Made by a program: the position numbers and the translations under genes
In this document: positions 36,470 through 47,039 of the stretch, one piece after another
Layout of the letters: each line of letters opens with the position of its first letter
Position numbering within the stretch: position 1 is the stretch's first letter
Source of the DNA: Octopus sinensis
Lineage: Eukaryota
Reading direction: 5' to 3'
NCBI RefSeq assembly: GCF_006345805.1
Contig: NC_043004.1
Location: forward strand, 25,544,001-25,608,000
DNA length: 64,000 nucleotides
Notes under the pieces: generated by a model
The model's database searches: none
Told to the model about the DNA's origin: nothing
The model's input: the letters and a program-made list of their open reading frames with translations, nothing else

Positions 36470-37190
36470 CGACAGTGTGGTGTGAGACAGTGTCAGCTGC
36501 TGCATGGCAACCGCTTGATACATGAATGATGCTGAAGTTATACCATAGGGTTTTTTTCTTTCAGGTTGTGCAATTGCGAGTCCTGGATGCTGTCCGGGCA
36601 GCAATTACTAAATACTTTCAAAAGATGTTTGTGGTCAACTGCGACAATGAGATTGGTGCAACCAAGGGTGAAGTGGCATGCTTTGTCCAATGCATTGGTA
36701 ACTACCAGTGCTTCGCCCTCCACTGGTGCATAACGAGATTCTGCTGCCAAAGTGAAGCAACTCTCAACCATGGTGATGTTCCAGCCAGATTTGCAACAAA
36801 AAGGGTGGGGTGGGAAAAAGGCATTTTTGGAACCCTCAGAAGCCAATGCTGTCTTTGTTCCAGTCAGTGGCAAGGCAAGTAGGTCTGGTTTTGCCAAAGA
36901 TTTCCACACTTCTTTGGTCTCATTGATGATGATTGATTTGAATTCCTCAAAGAGTCTATTCAGCTGGTCTGTCCATACAAACCAAGTGCTTGACTGTGAG
37001 GGTGCCATTCAATTGCAGGCTGAGCAGTGTTCCCACATTTCAATAATGCCCAGCCAGAAGATGGATGTCTCTGTTCTGAAAGATATTTGTGTCATACCTG
37101 ATGCAGCTGGTCCCCCATCCAGCAATCGCCCTATTTGTTGCTCCGCCAGACTGACAAAGACTGACACAAAAGTCTGATGCACAACTGACA
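36470..37190 (-). mobile_element. Second, inverted Gypsy fragment (RT connection-RNase H)
   Basis: ORF 36538-37008: WTDQLNRLFEEFK...ESRYAPVEGEAL...LGCTNLIVAVDHKHLLKVF. Confidence 0.85.
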
Positions 37191-38139
37191 CATTGCCCCT
37201 TGATCCTCACACCATCAATATTAACTGTCTCTCACACTAATTATTCCATTTTCTTTAACCATTTATTACATATTATCAGTCTTCTTTGCTTCCCTCCAAA
37301 GACTTGGGGAAGGCATAGAGTATTACAACAAAACACACATGTATTATCATTTATTACATTACATTCAATTAGCCATACATTATTCATTTCAGGTACACAT
37401 TTCAGATATACTGAAGACCCTTTTTGTCATAAATATGTCTGACAACTCTTTGCTTCAATCTACATAAATAAAGTGTTGATGAAAGCAAAGAGTTGTCAGA
37501 CTTATTTAAAAAATCCAGTGATATCACTAAAACTGTATAACTGAGATATTATCAGGCTATCATTACTGGAAAAAAATCCTTTTGGACAATTTCCAAATAC
37601 CTGAGAATCCAGACCCTACTAACTCAAATACAAAGCAGACAAATTCCATTGATACAGAGCAGCCACCCTTTGACAATAATGTAATGTTTGGACCAGGTGT
37701 CCTTCCTTATTCCATAGCAAAAACAACATCTTGAATCTCCAATATTTTAGTCAAACAACCTTCCTGACAAATGAGATTGAAAATGAAAGTGACTATTAAT
37801 CCTTATCCTGTTTCACCTCATATTTTCAACATCTCAGTAATATCCCTGACAATTCAGTTACTTTCCTTACCTTAATATCTTTAATCAAAATTTGACTGCA
37901 TAGTTGTCAACTTCTGCAGCTAGTCCTTCTGTTGGATCTACCTGGAGTTGAACCTCTGTTTTTCATGTATTCTCATTTGCTAACCTCTTGTAATATTTCT
38001 AATCATTGACAAGTGAATTATATACACTTTTCCATGAACACTTTTTTTCCGTTGAAGTTTTGATTAGGACATGATATATCCATATTAATGCAGGGTACTC
38101 AGTTTTCCTGAATTTCATTCATAGGTACAGTTGTACTAG

Positions 38140-38815
38140 TTAGGTCCCTTTCTAAGATTGGACAAAAGAGAGGAAGGAGTCTAGTTGTTTACAGGAGAGT
38201 GAGGTCACACCAATACAGTCATCAATATAGCGACCGTATAGTTCAGGAGTAGGATCAGTGAATCTTGAAAATATTTGGGCCACAGTATAGTCAGCAAACA
38301 GGTTCACATAGTTGGGGCCCTGTTCATAAAACTCCCCTGTGAACAAGAAGCAGTTGAAGGAGTGTGGACGTGTCAGATTGGGGGTTGGGTCGAAGGTCTA
38401 GGAAGTGTTTGAGGGCAAGAAGTCCTTCATTGTGTGGGATCTTGATATCAAAAGTCTATATATAGACTTTTGATATCAAGAATGAAGAGAAGTTTAGAGG
38501 ACCCAGGAGGGAAGGAGAAAGAGCTGAAAAGTTGAAGAGCATGGTTAGTGTCCTGGATGTGTGAGGGGAGGGAAGCCATTAAGGAGGGGGGGCAAAGACA
38601 TGGTTGAGGTATTTTGAGATGAGTTCCGTGGAGCGGTTACAGGCGGAGGTGATGGGGTGGCCAGAGTTGTTGGGCTTGTGGATTTTTGGAAGCAAGTAAA
38701 TAGTGGGAGTGTGAAGAGTGTGGACAATGGGGTTGGAGGCAGTGAGAGGAAGACAGGAGGAGAAGATGAGATCATGGACAGTCTGTTAGTAGCTAGGTAT
38801 GGGGTTGAAGGGCAG
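38140..38815 (-). mobile_element. Penelope-like element RT fragment
   Basis: YLLPKIHKPNN-GHPI-SAC, LFILDIKSLY, IPHNEG-LAL and PELYGRYIDDCIG. Confidence 0.85.
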
Positions 38816-38854
38816 AGAGCAATATATGTCTATATATATGTGTGTGTGTGTGTT

Positions 38855-39648
38855 GAGTTTGTGCCAGGGAAAAGCACCACTGATGATATATTTCTGGTAA
38901 GACAGCTGCAGGAGAAATACCTAGCCAAAGATAAGCCCCTGTACCTGGCTTTCATTGACATGGAGAAACCCTTTGACAGGGTCCCCGGATCCCTTATGTA
39001 GTGGTCAGTGAGGAAACTAGGGATAGATGAATGGTTAGGGTGAGTTGTGCTAGCCATGTACAGGGACGCTGTCAGTAAGGTGAGGGTTGGCAACGAGTAC
39101 AATGAAGAATTCTGGGTAGAGGTAGGGGTCCACCAAGGTTCCGTCCTCAGCCCCTTCCTATTTATCATAGTCCTCCAGGCAATAACAGAGGAATTCAAGA
39201 CAGGATTCCCCTGGGAACTCCTCTATGTTGACAACCTTGCTCTAATTGCCGAGTCACTATCAGAACTAGAGGAGAAGATTCAAGTGTGGAAACAAGGATT
39301 AGAATCGAAGGGCCTTATAGTCAACCTAGCTAAAACCAAAGTCCTAATAAGTAGGAAGGCAGGTAAACCATAAATCCCTTCAGGTAGATGGCCCTGCTTG
39401 ATCTGTAGAAAAGGCATAGGTAGAAATACTATAAGATGTACCCAGTGTAAGCTATGGACACATAAAAGGTGCAGCAACATCAAAGGAAGGCTAACTGGGA
39501 GGATAGATTTTGTACGTGGCAGATGCTCAGGAGCAATAAATAACACTGAAAATGTGCAGAGAACAACTTCTGCCACATTCCAGGGGAAAAACTAGAAGTA
39601 GTTGATAGCTTCCATTACCTAGTTGACCTAGTCAGTAGCAGGGGAGGG
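38855..39648 (+). mobile_element. RTE LINE RT fragment
   Basis: FVPGKSTTDDIFLVRQLQEKYLAKDKPLYLAFIDMEK, GVHQGSVLSP, LLYVDNLAL (degenerate YADD). Confidence 0.9.
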
Positions 39649-39980
39649 TACACACATATCTTATTGTTGTATGTTGTGGTAAAAAGTGACTTGGACATGA
39701 AAGGGCTTCAATTGGTATGTGTTTGAAATGTAAGTGAATTTCGATGGTTGGGGATTGCATTTATTTGAGTGTATCATCTGTTAAAGTGTTTTTGTTGTTT
39801 TTCAATTGTAATTGATGTACGATTGAATAGTTAACACGCAGACTCATAATATATAGACATTTGAATAAATTTTTACAATCCAGCCGTGCTTTCACACAGA
39901 ATTTTATATTTTTCTAAACTATGACCCTGAAGTTACTTTACATATGAGGAAAGTGTCATTATGTAAATAGGAAAAATATC

Positions 39981-40517
39981 CTGAGGCAAGTGAGGATCAG
40001 AATCGAAATCGATCAATGGAAATTGCAGATGTGTTACCAGTGCCGGTGGCATGTCGAAACTCTACTTGTGAAGACCTGTTGAGGCAAGTGAGGATCAGAA
40101 TCGAAATCGATCAATGGAAATTGCAGATGTGTTACCAGTGCCGGTGGCATGTAAGAGAACCTTCCGTTTCGCAACCGTTGTCAGCACCACCCCGACTGGC
40201 CTCGTGCCGATGGCACGTAAAAAGCACCATCCGTTCGTGTCCGTTGCCAGCCTCACCTGGCCCTCGTGCCGGTGGCACATAAAAAGCACCATCCGTTCGT
40301 GGCCGTTTGCCAGCTCTATCTGGCACCTGTGCGGGTGGCACGTAAAAAGCACCCACTACACTCACGGAGTGGTTGGCGTTAGGAAGGGCATCCAGCCGTA
40401 GAAACACTGCCAGATTTTGACTGGGCCTGATGCAGCCTTCTGGCTTCACAGACCCCAGTAGAACTGTCCAACCCATGCTAGCATGGAAAACGGACGCTAA
40501 ACGATGATGATGATGAT
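39981..40517 (+). mobile_element. RTE LINE 3' UTR with a 99-bp 5' tandem duplication
   Basis: TGAGGCAAGTGAGGATCAGAATCG... occurs at about 39981 and 40080; ends in a (GAT)n tail. Confidence 0.85.
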
Positions 40518-40555
40518 ATATATTAGTCAAAACAATTTCTTGGCCTTTCTCGAAT

Positions 40556-42546
40556 GGTGATTTTTACGTGCCACCAGCATGGAAGCCAGTTTGTTGCTCT
40601 GGCAACAATCACACTTGTATGGTACTCTTAGTGCTCCACTAGCACAGATGCCAGTCATCGAATTTGGTTTCGATTTTGATTTCGATTGCCTCAACAGGTC
40701 TTCGCAAGCAGAGTTTAGTGTCCAATGAAGGAAAGGTACGCATAAGTGGGCTGGTTAAACTTATGGTCTCACTTGTGCTTGCCGAGGCTTCTCAAGCACA
40801 GCATATTTCCAAAGGTCCCGGTCACTAGTCATTGCCTCAGTGAGGCCCAATTTTCGAAGGTCATGCTTCACCACCTCATCCCAGGTCTTCCTGGGTTTAC
40901 CACTTCCACAAGTTCCCACAACCGCTAGTGTGTGGCACTTTTCTACACAGCTATCCACATCCATTCTCGCCACATGGCCATACCAGTGCAGTCATCTCTC
41001 TTGCACACCACATCTGATGCTTCTTAGGTCCAACTTTTCTCTCAACGTACTAACACTCTGTTGAGTATGCACACTGACATTACACATCCATTGGAGCATA
41101 CTGGCTTCATTCCTTCTGAGCTTACGCATGTCCTCAGCAGTCATGGCCCATGTTTCACTGCCATGTAGCATGGCTGTTCGTACACATGCATCATAGTCTA
41201 CCTTTTACTCTGTGTGAGAGGCCCTTTGTCACCAGCAGAGGTAAGAGCTCTCTGTACTTAGCCTAGGCTATTCTTATTCTAGTAGTCACATTTTCAGCAC
41301 ATTCTCCCCTGTTACTGACTAGGTCACCTAGATAACGGAAGCTATCAACTACTTCTAGTTTTTCTCCCTGGAATGTGGTGGAAGTTGTTCTCTGCACATT
41401 TTCAGTGTTTATTGCTCCTTTGCATCTGCCACATACAAAACCTATTTTCCCAGTTAGCCTTCCATAGCTTACACCGAGTACATCTTATAGAGTTTCTACC
41501 TACTCCTTTTTTACAGATCGAGCAGGGCCTTCCTACTTATTAGGACTTTGGTTTTAGCTAGGTTGACTCTAAAGCCTTTCAATTCTAATCCTTGTTTCCA
41601 CACTTGAAACTCCTCCTCTAGTTCTGATAGTGACTCAGCAATTAGAGCAAGGTCGTCAGCAAAGAGGCGCTCCCAGGGGCATCCTGCCTTGAATTCCTCC
41701 GTTATTGCCTGGAGGACTATGATAAATAGGAGGGGGCTAAGGATGGAACCTTGGTGGACCCCTACCTCTACCCAGAATTCTCCATTGTACTCGTTGCCAA
41801 CCTTCACCTTACTGACAGCGTTCCTGTACATGGCTTGCATAGCCCTCACTAAGCATTCATCTATCCCTGGTTTCCTCATTGACCACCAGATAAGGGATTG
41901 GGGGACCCTGTTAAAGGCTTCCTCCATGTCAACAAAAGCCAGATACAGACGTTTATGTTTGGCTAGGCATTTCTCCTGCAGCTGTCTTACCAGAAATATA
42001 TCATCAGTGGTGCTTCTCCCTCGCAGAAACCCAAACATCTCATCTAAACTGACTCTATCCCTAATTAGTTGGGCTATAACCCTCTCCATGACCTTCATTA
42101 CCTGATCCAACAACTTGATACTTCTGTAATTATTTGTATCTAAAGCATCACCTTTACCTTTGTAGCAGTTGACTATTATGCTGCTACACCAATCATTGGG
42201 AATGACTCCTTCGTGTATCACCTGGTTGACTATATGGGTGACTTGGCTATAGCCGACACTGCCAAATATTTTGAGCATCTCTGCAGTAATTCCTGATGGA
42301 CCGGGAGCATTCCCTGTCTTCATACTCTTAATTGCTTTATCTACCAAGGTACTGTCAACTCGGATAGCTGGTCCCTCTGTTGGGTCAACATTCAGCAGAC
42401 TCTCTTTCTCCCATTCATTTTCTTTATTCAGCAACCTTTCATAGTGGTGTCTCCAAACCTGTCTCTTTGCAGCTTAGTTTAATGCAAGTGAACCATCATC
42501 CATGCAGACACATTTCTCTCTTACAACATCACGATTCTCTCTCATA
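40556..42546 (-). mobile_element. 5'- and 3'-truncated RTE LINE with small internal deletions
   Basis: ORF 41511-42434 RT (LLFADD-type ERLFADDLAL), colinear with the 44 kb copy. Confidence 0.9.
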
Positions 42547-42573
42547 CATGTATCTCATATATATACATATATC

Positions 42574-42630
<57 letters not shown>

Positions 42631-43261
42631 ATATACATATACATATCGCTACTTATAATTAAAAATTTTTCTACCCTTCATTCTTAGCCCTATTATCTCC
42701 CCTACATTGTTATTTTCAGTTTACTACATCTAATTAAACCTCTGACGTTCTTTTTAATATTTATAGCCAAAGCAAGTATTTACTATCTAAATTAGTAATA
42801 TTAACAATTAATTTCCTATTTTTGCATTTTATTACCTTATATTTAATACATACAGATGAATATTAGTTCTTACACTAACACAACTCCATTTTACGTAGCT
42901 CTTGTTTTCTTTACATTCTAGCAGCCACCTATTACTACATTCTCTAGTGTCATCTCATTCTCATGCACAATTTTTTAGATACATAACACATCTAATATTG
43001 TTTATAACTGTCAGGTCATATTCTAATTCAAACATAACTATGCTTTTCCATTGGATATTTCTATAAAACTTCCTTACATACATGACTTATTTGGAGTTTG
43101 GATTACTTATCTACTTTTCTGTAGAGGGAACGTCTCACAAAACCTTTTTCACTTATATTTTCAAATAACCATTAGTTGCCTTAGTTGGTACTTCGTGCCA
43201 AGCTTTTGTTATTTTTTTTTTCATGTCAAGTACCGATGCACAACCTTTTCAGTGAACTGGT

Positions 43262-46037
43262 TCATCATCATCATCATTTAGCATCTGCTTTCCATGCTAG
43301 CATGGGTCGGATGGTTCAACTGGGGTCTGGGAAGCCAGAAAGCTGCACCAGGCCCAGTCTGATCTGGCAATGTTTCTACGGCTGGATGCCCTTCCTAACG
43401 CCAACCACTCCGTGAGTGTAGTGGGTGCTTTTTATGTGCCACCGGCACAGGTGCCAGACGGGACTGGCAAACGACCACGGTCGAATGGTGCTTTTTACGT
43501 GCCACCAGCATGGGGGCCAGGCAAGGCTGGCAATGGCCATGATTGGATGGTACTTTTTACGTGCCACTGGCACGGGGGCCAGGCAAGGCTGGCAAACGGC
43601 CACGGTCAAATGGTGCTTTTTACGTGCCACCTGCATGGGGGCCAGGCGAGACTGGCAACGGCCACGATCGGATGGTGCTTTTTACGTGCCACCGGCCGGG
43701 GGCCAGGCAAGGCTGGCAACAGCCACGATCGGATGGTTCGCTTATGTGCCACCGGCACTGGTATTACAGCTACAATTTCCATTGATGTTGATCGATTTTA
43801 ATTTTGATTTTGATTTCCACTTGCCTCAACAGGTCTTCACAAGTAGAGTTTTGTGTCCCAAGAAGGAAAGGTATGCATAAGTGGACTGGCTACATCCAGG
43901 TAGAGGCCAAGGGTTATGGTCTCACTTGTCCTGCCGGGTCTTCTCACGCACAGTATACCTCCATAAGTCTCGATCTCTAGCCATTTCCTCGGTGAGACCT
44001 AAAGTTCGGAGGTCGTGCTTCACCACCTCGTCCCAGGTTTTCCTGGGTCTACCTCTTCCACAGGTTCTCTCAACCTCTAGGGTGTGGCACTTTTTTACAC
44101 AGCTATCTTCAGCCATTCTTGTCACATGACCATACCAGCGCAAACGTCTCTCTTGCACACTACAACTGATGCTTCTTAGGTCCAACTTTTCTCTCAAGGT
44201 ACTTACACTCTGTCGATTATGAACACTGACATTACACATCCATACTGGTTTCATTTCTTGCGAGCTTACGCATATCCTCAGCAGTCACAGCCCATGTTTC
44301 ACTACCATGTAGCATGGCTGTTCGTACACATGCATCATACAGTCTGCCTTTTACTCTGAGCGAGAGGCCTTTTGTTACCAGCAGAGGTAAGAGCTCTCTG
44401 AACTTTGCCCAGGCTATTCTTACTCTAGCAGTTACACTTTCAGCACACCCACCCCTGCTACTGACTTGGTCACCTAGGTAATGGAAGCTATCAACTATTT
44501 CTAGTTTTTCTCCCTGGAATGTGGTGGAAGTTGGTCTCTGCGCATTTTCAGTGTTTATTGCTCCTGAGCATCTGCCACATACAAAAACTATTTTCCTAGT
44601 TAGCCTTCCTTTGACATTGCTGCACCTCTTATGTGTCCATAACTTACACTTGGTGCATTTTATAGAGTTTCTACCTACTCCTTTTCTACAGATCGAGCAG
44701 GGCCATCTACCTGAAGGCGTTTGTGAAATGTCTACCTTCCTACTTATTAGGACTTTGGTTTTAGCTAGGTTGACTCTAAGGCCCTTCGATTCTAATCCTT
44801 GCTTCCACACCTGAAACTTCTCCTCCAGTTCTGATTGTGACTCAGCAATTAGAGCAAGGTCATCAGCATAGAGGAGCTCCCAGAGGCATCCTGTCTTGAA
44901 TTCCTCCGTTATTGCCTGGAGGACTATGATAAATAGGAGGGGGCTGAGGACTGAACCTTGGTGGACCCCAACCTCTACCCGGAATTCTTCACTGTACTCG
45001 TTGCCAACCCTCACCTTACTGGCAGTGTCCCTGTACATGGCTCGCACAGCTCTCACTAACCATTTATCAATCCCTAGTTTCCTCATTGACCACCAGATAA
45101 GGGATCGGGAGACCCTGTCGAAGGCTTTCTCCATGTCAACAAAAGCTAGGTATAGGTATTTCTCCTGCAGCTGTCTTACCAGGAATATAGCATCAGTAAT
45201 ACTTTTCCCTGGCACGAACCCAAACTGCATCTCATCTAAACTAACTCTCTCTCTAATTAGTTGGGCTATAACCCTCTCCGTAACCTTCATTACCTGATCC
45301 AGCAGCTTGATACTCCTGTAGTTATTTGTATCTAGGGCGTCACCTTTACCTTTGTTGCAGTTGACTATTATGCTGCTACACCAGTCATTGGGAATGACTC
45401 CTTCGTGTATCACCTGGTTAACTATACGGGTGACTAGGCTATAGCCGACACTACCAGATATTTTGAGCATCTCTGCAGTAATTCCTGATGGGCCTGGGGC
45501 TTTCCCTGTCTTCATGCTACTAATTGCCCTAACTACCATAGAACTGTCATCTCGGTTAGCTGTTGGGTCGACATTCGGCAGACTCTCTTTCTCCCATTCA
45601 TTTTCTTTATTCAGCAACCTTTCATAGTGGTGTCTCCAAACCTCTCTCTTTTCAGCCTCTATTAGCGCAAGTGAACCATCATCCATGCGAACACATTTCT
45701 CTCCTACCACATCACGATTCTCTCTCACACACTTTCTTGCAACACGAAATACCTCAAGTCTTTTATCCTCACGGCGCAGAACATTGGCAAATTTTTTCTT
45801 ATCTGCTTCCCCTCTGGCTAAATACACCTGCCTCCTAGCTTCCCTTCTAGCAGTCTGATACACTTCCCTGCTATCACCGTTCTTCCAGTCCTTCCAAGCC
45901 TTTTTCTTTTGTCTAATAGCCCTGTCAACAATATTGTTCCGCCACCACGTTATTTTGGGTCTTGAGGGGACTTTGCATCAACCACAGATCTGGTCAGTGG
46001 CTCTCAGCAGGTTGTCCCTTAGAGACTTCCAGTTGTC
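43262..46037 (-). mobile_element. 5'-truncated RTE LINE, youngest copy, with 3' UTR VNTR and (ATG)n tail
   Basis: Long RT ORF, frameshifted C-terminus (43922-44254), about 5 tandem UTR units, and a tail at 43262-43277. Confidence 0.95.
44232..45863 (-). CDS. RTE-clade reverse transcriptase (543 aa, no endonuclease domain; pseudogene)
   Basis: KAPGPSG, KGKGDA..NNYRSIKLL, AFVDMEKAFDRV, GVHQGSVLSPLLF, LLYADD, PHD-like CxxC motifs, LHGSETW. Confidence 0.9.
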   Translation of the reverse strand: MYQTARREARRQVYLARGEADKKKFANVLRREDKRLEVFRVARKCVRENRDVVGEKCVRMDDGSLALIEAEKREVWRHHYERLLNKENEWEKESLPNVDPTANRDDSSMVVRAISSMKTGKAPGPSGITAEMLKISGSVGYSLVTRIVNQVIHEGVIPNDWCSSIIVNCNKGKGDALDTNNYRSIKLLDQVMKVTERVIAQLIRERVSLDEMQFGFVPGKSITDAIFLVRQLQEKYLYLAFVDMEKAFDRVSRSLIWWSMRKLGIDKWLVRAVRAMYRDTASKVRVGNEYSEEFRVEVGVHQGSVLSPLLFIIVLQAITEEFKTGCLWELLYADDLALIAESQSELEEKFQVWKQGLESKGLRVNLAKTKVLISRKVDISQTPSGRWPCSICRKGVGRNSIKCTKCKLWTHKRCSNVKGRLTRKIVFVCGRCSGAINTENAQRPTSTTFQGEKLEIVDSFHYLGDQVSSRGGCAESVTARVRIAWAKFRELLPLLVTKGLSLRVKGRLYDACVRTAMLHGSETWAVTAEDMRKLARNETSMDV

Positions 46038-47039
46038 GTAATTTTGTGCTTTTGATAAGTATATTTTTCTAATGTTACTTGGGGAGAGATCTGTATCGTA
46101 ACTTATTTCATGCTTCTCCTTAAGTTCATTAGCTATCCTAATTATGTTGTTGATTTCATGGTCGCAAACTTGTGCAAGATTGTTACTGGTCTTTTTCCTC
46201 TGCTGTGGTTGCTGTCTTAATACGTGTTTCACATGACATCAGTACCAATCTGTGACCACAGTCACCAATCCTTGCTTGGGAAGTATAACATGTCTACTGC
46301 TCCATTGATGTTGAAGTTTCCTGTAATACTGAGTAGCTTGCGAGTTCAAATATCTGTCCCATTTAGTTCAGAAGGCCAAACATAGGCATGAAGACAGGCA
46401 CTGTAAAGGTATTGGAGCTAATATGCTTGTTGTAAGCTGAGAGTTCAAATGACCATATTGTTTTTACTTTCTTAAGGTATTCATTTATTTCTTCTTCTTA
46501 TTGATTACGCCATCATAGCCGAGAGTCACCTGTCCAAAATGTTTGTAACTTTCCCCAAAGAACAGATGCTGTACTTCTAGGTTGTTTATTTATGTTTTAT
46601 ATACGTATGCTTGTATATGTGTATGTGTGTGTGTGTATATATATATGTTTGTGTGTATGTATGTTATTTAATAACAGCTTCATTCAACTCCATATCACAT
46701 AAAGCTTTGTGGAGTCATGGGACAAACCTATTTCATCAGATATTTAGAAAAAAGTTATGAGATGTGAAAGAAATTCAAGATGGCTTCTAGATGTTAGATC
46801 TTTGATCAACTCAGTTTATGTGGTATTATCACTGCAATAGTGACATCAGTCCTTTCCTTTTTTCTTAGACCTATGTGCTCAAACAGGATTTTGGCAGATA
46901 GCTGTTGCCACTATGCCTGTAAGCTAGAGTAAAGTGTATTCAGTGACATCAGTTCATTGCATTTGATACCGCACATAGAAGGGTTGGGTGTTGTCGGTTA
47001 GTAGCAGATAATTATTTACACTATTGAAACATATTTTCA

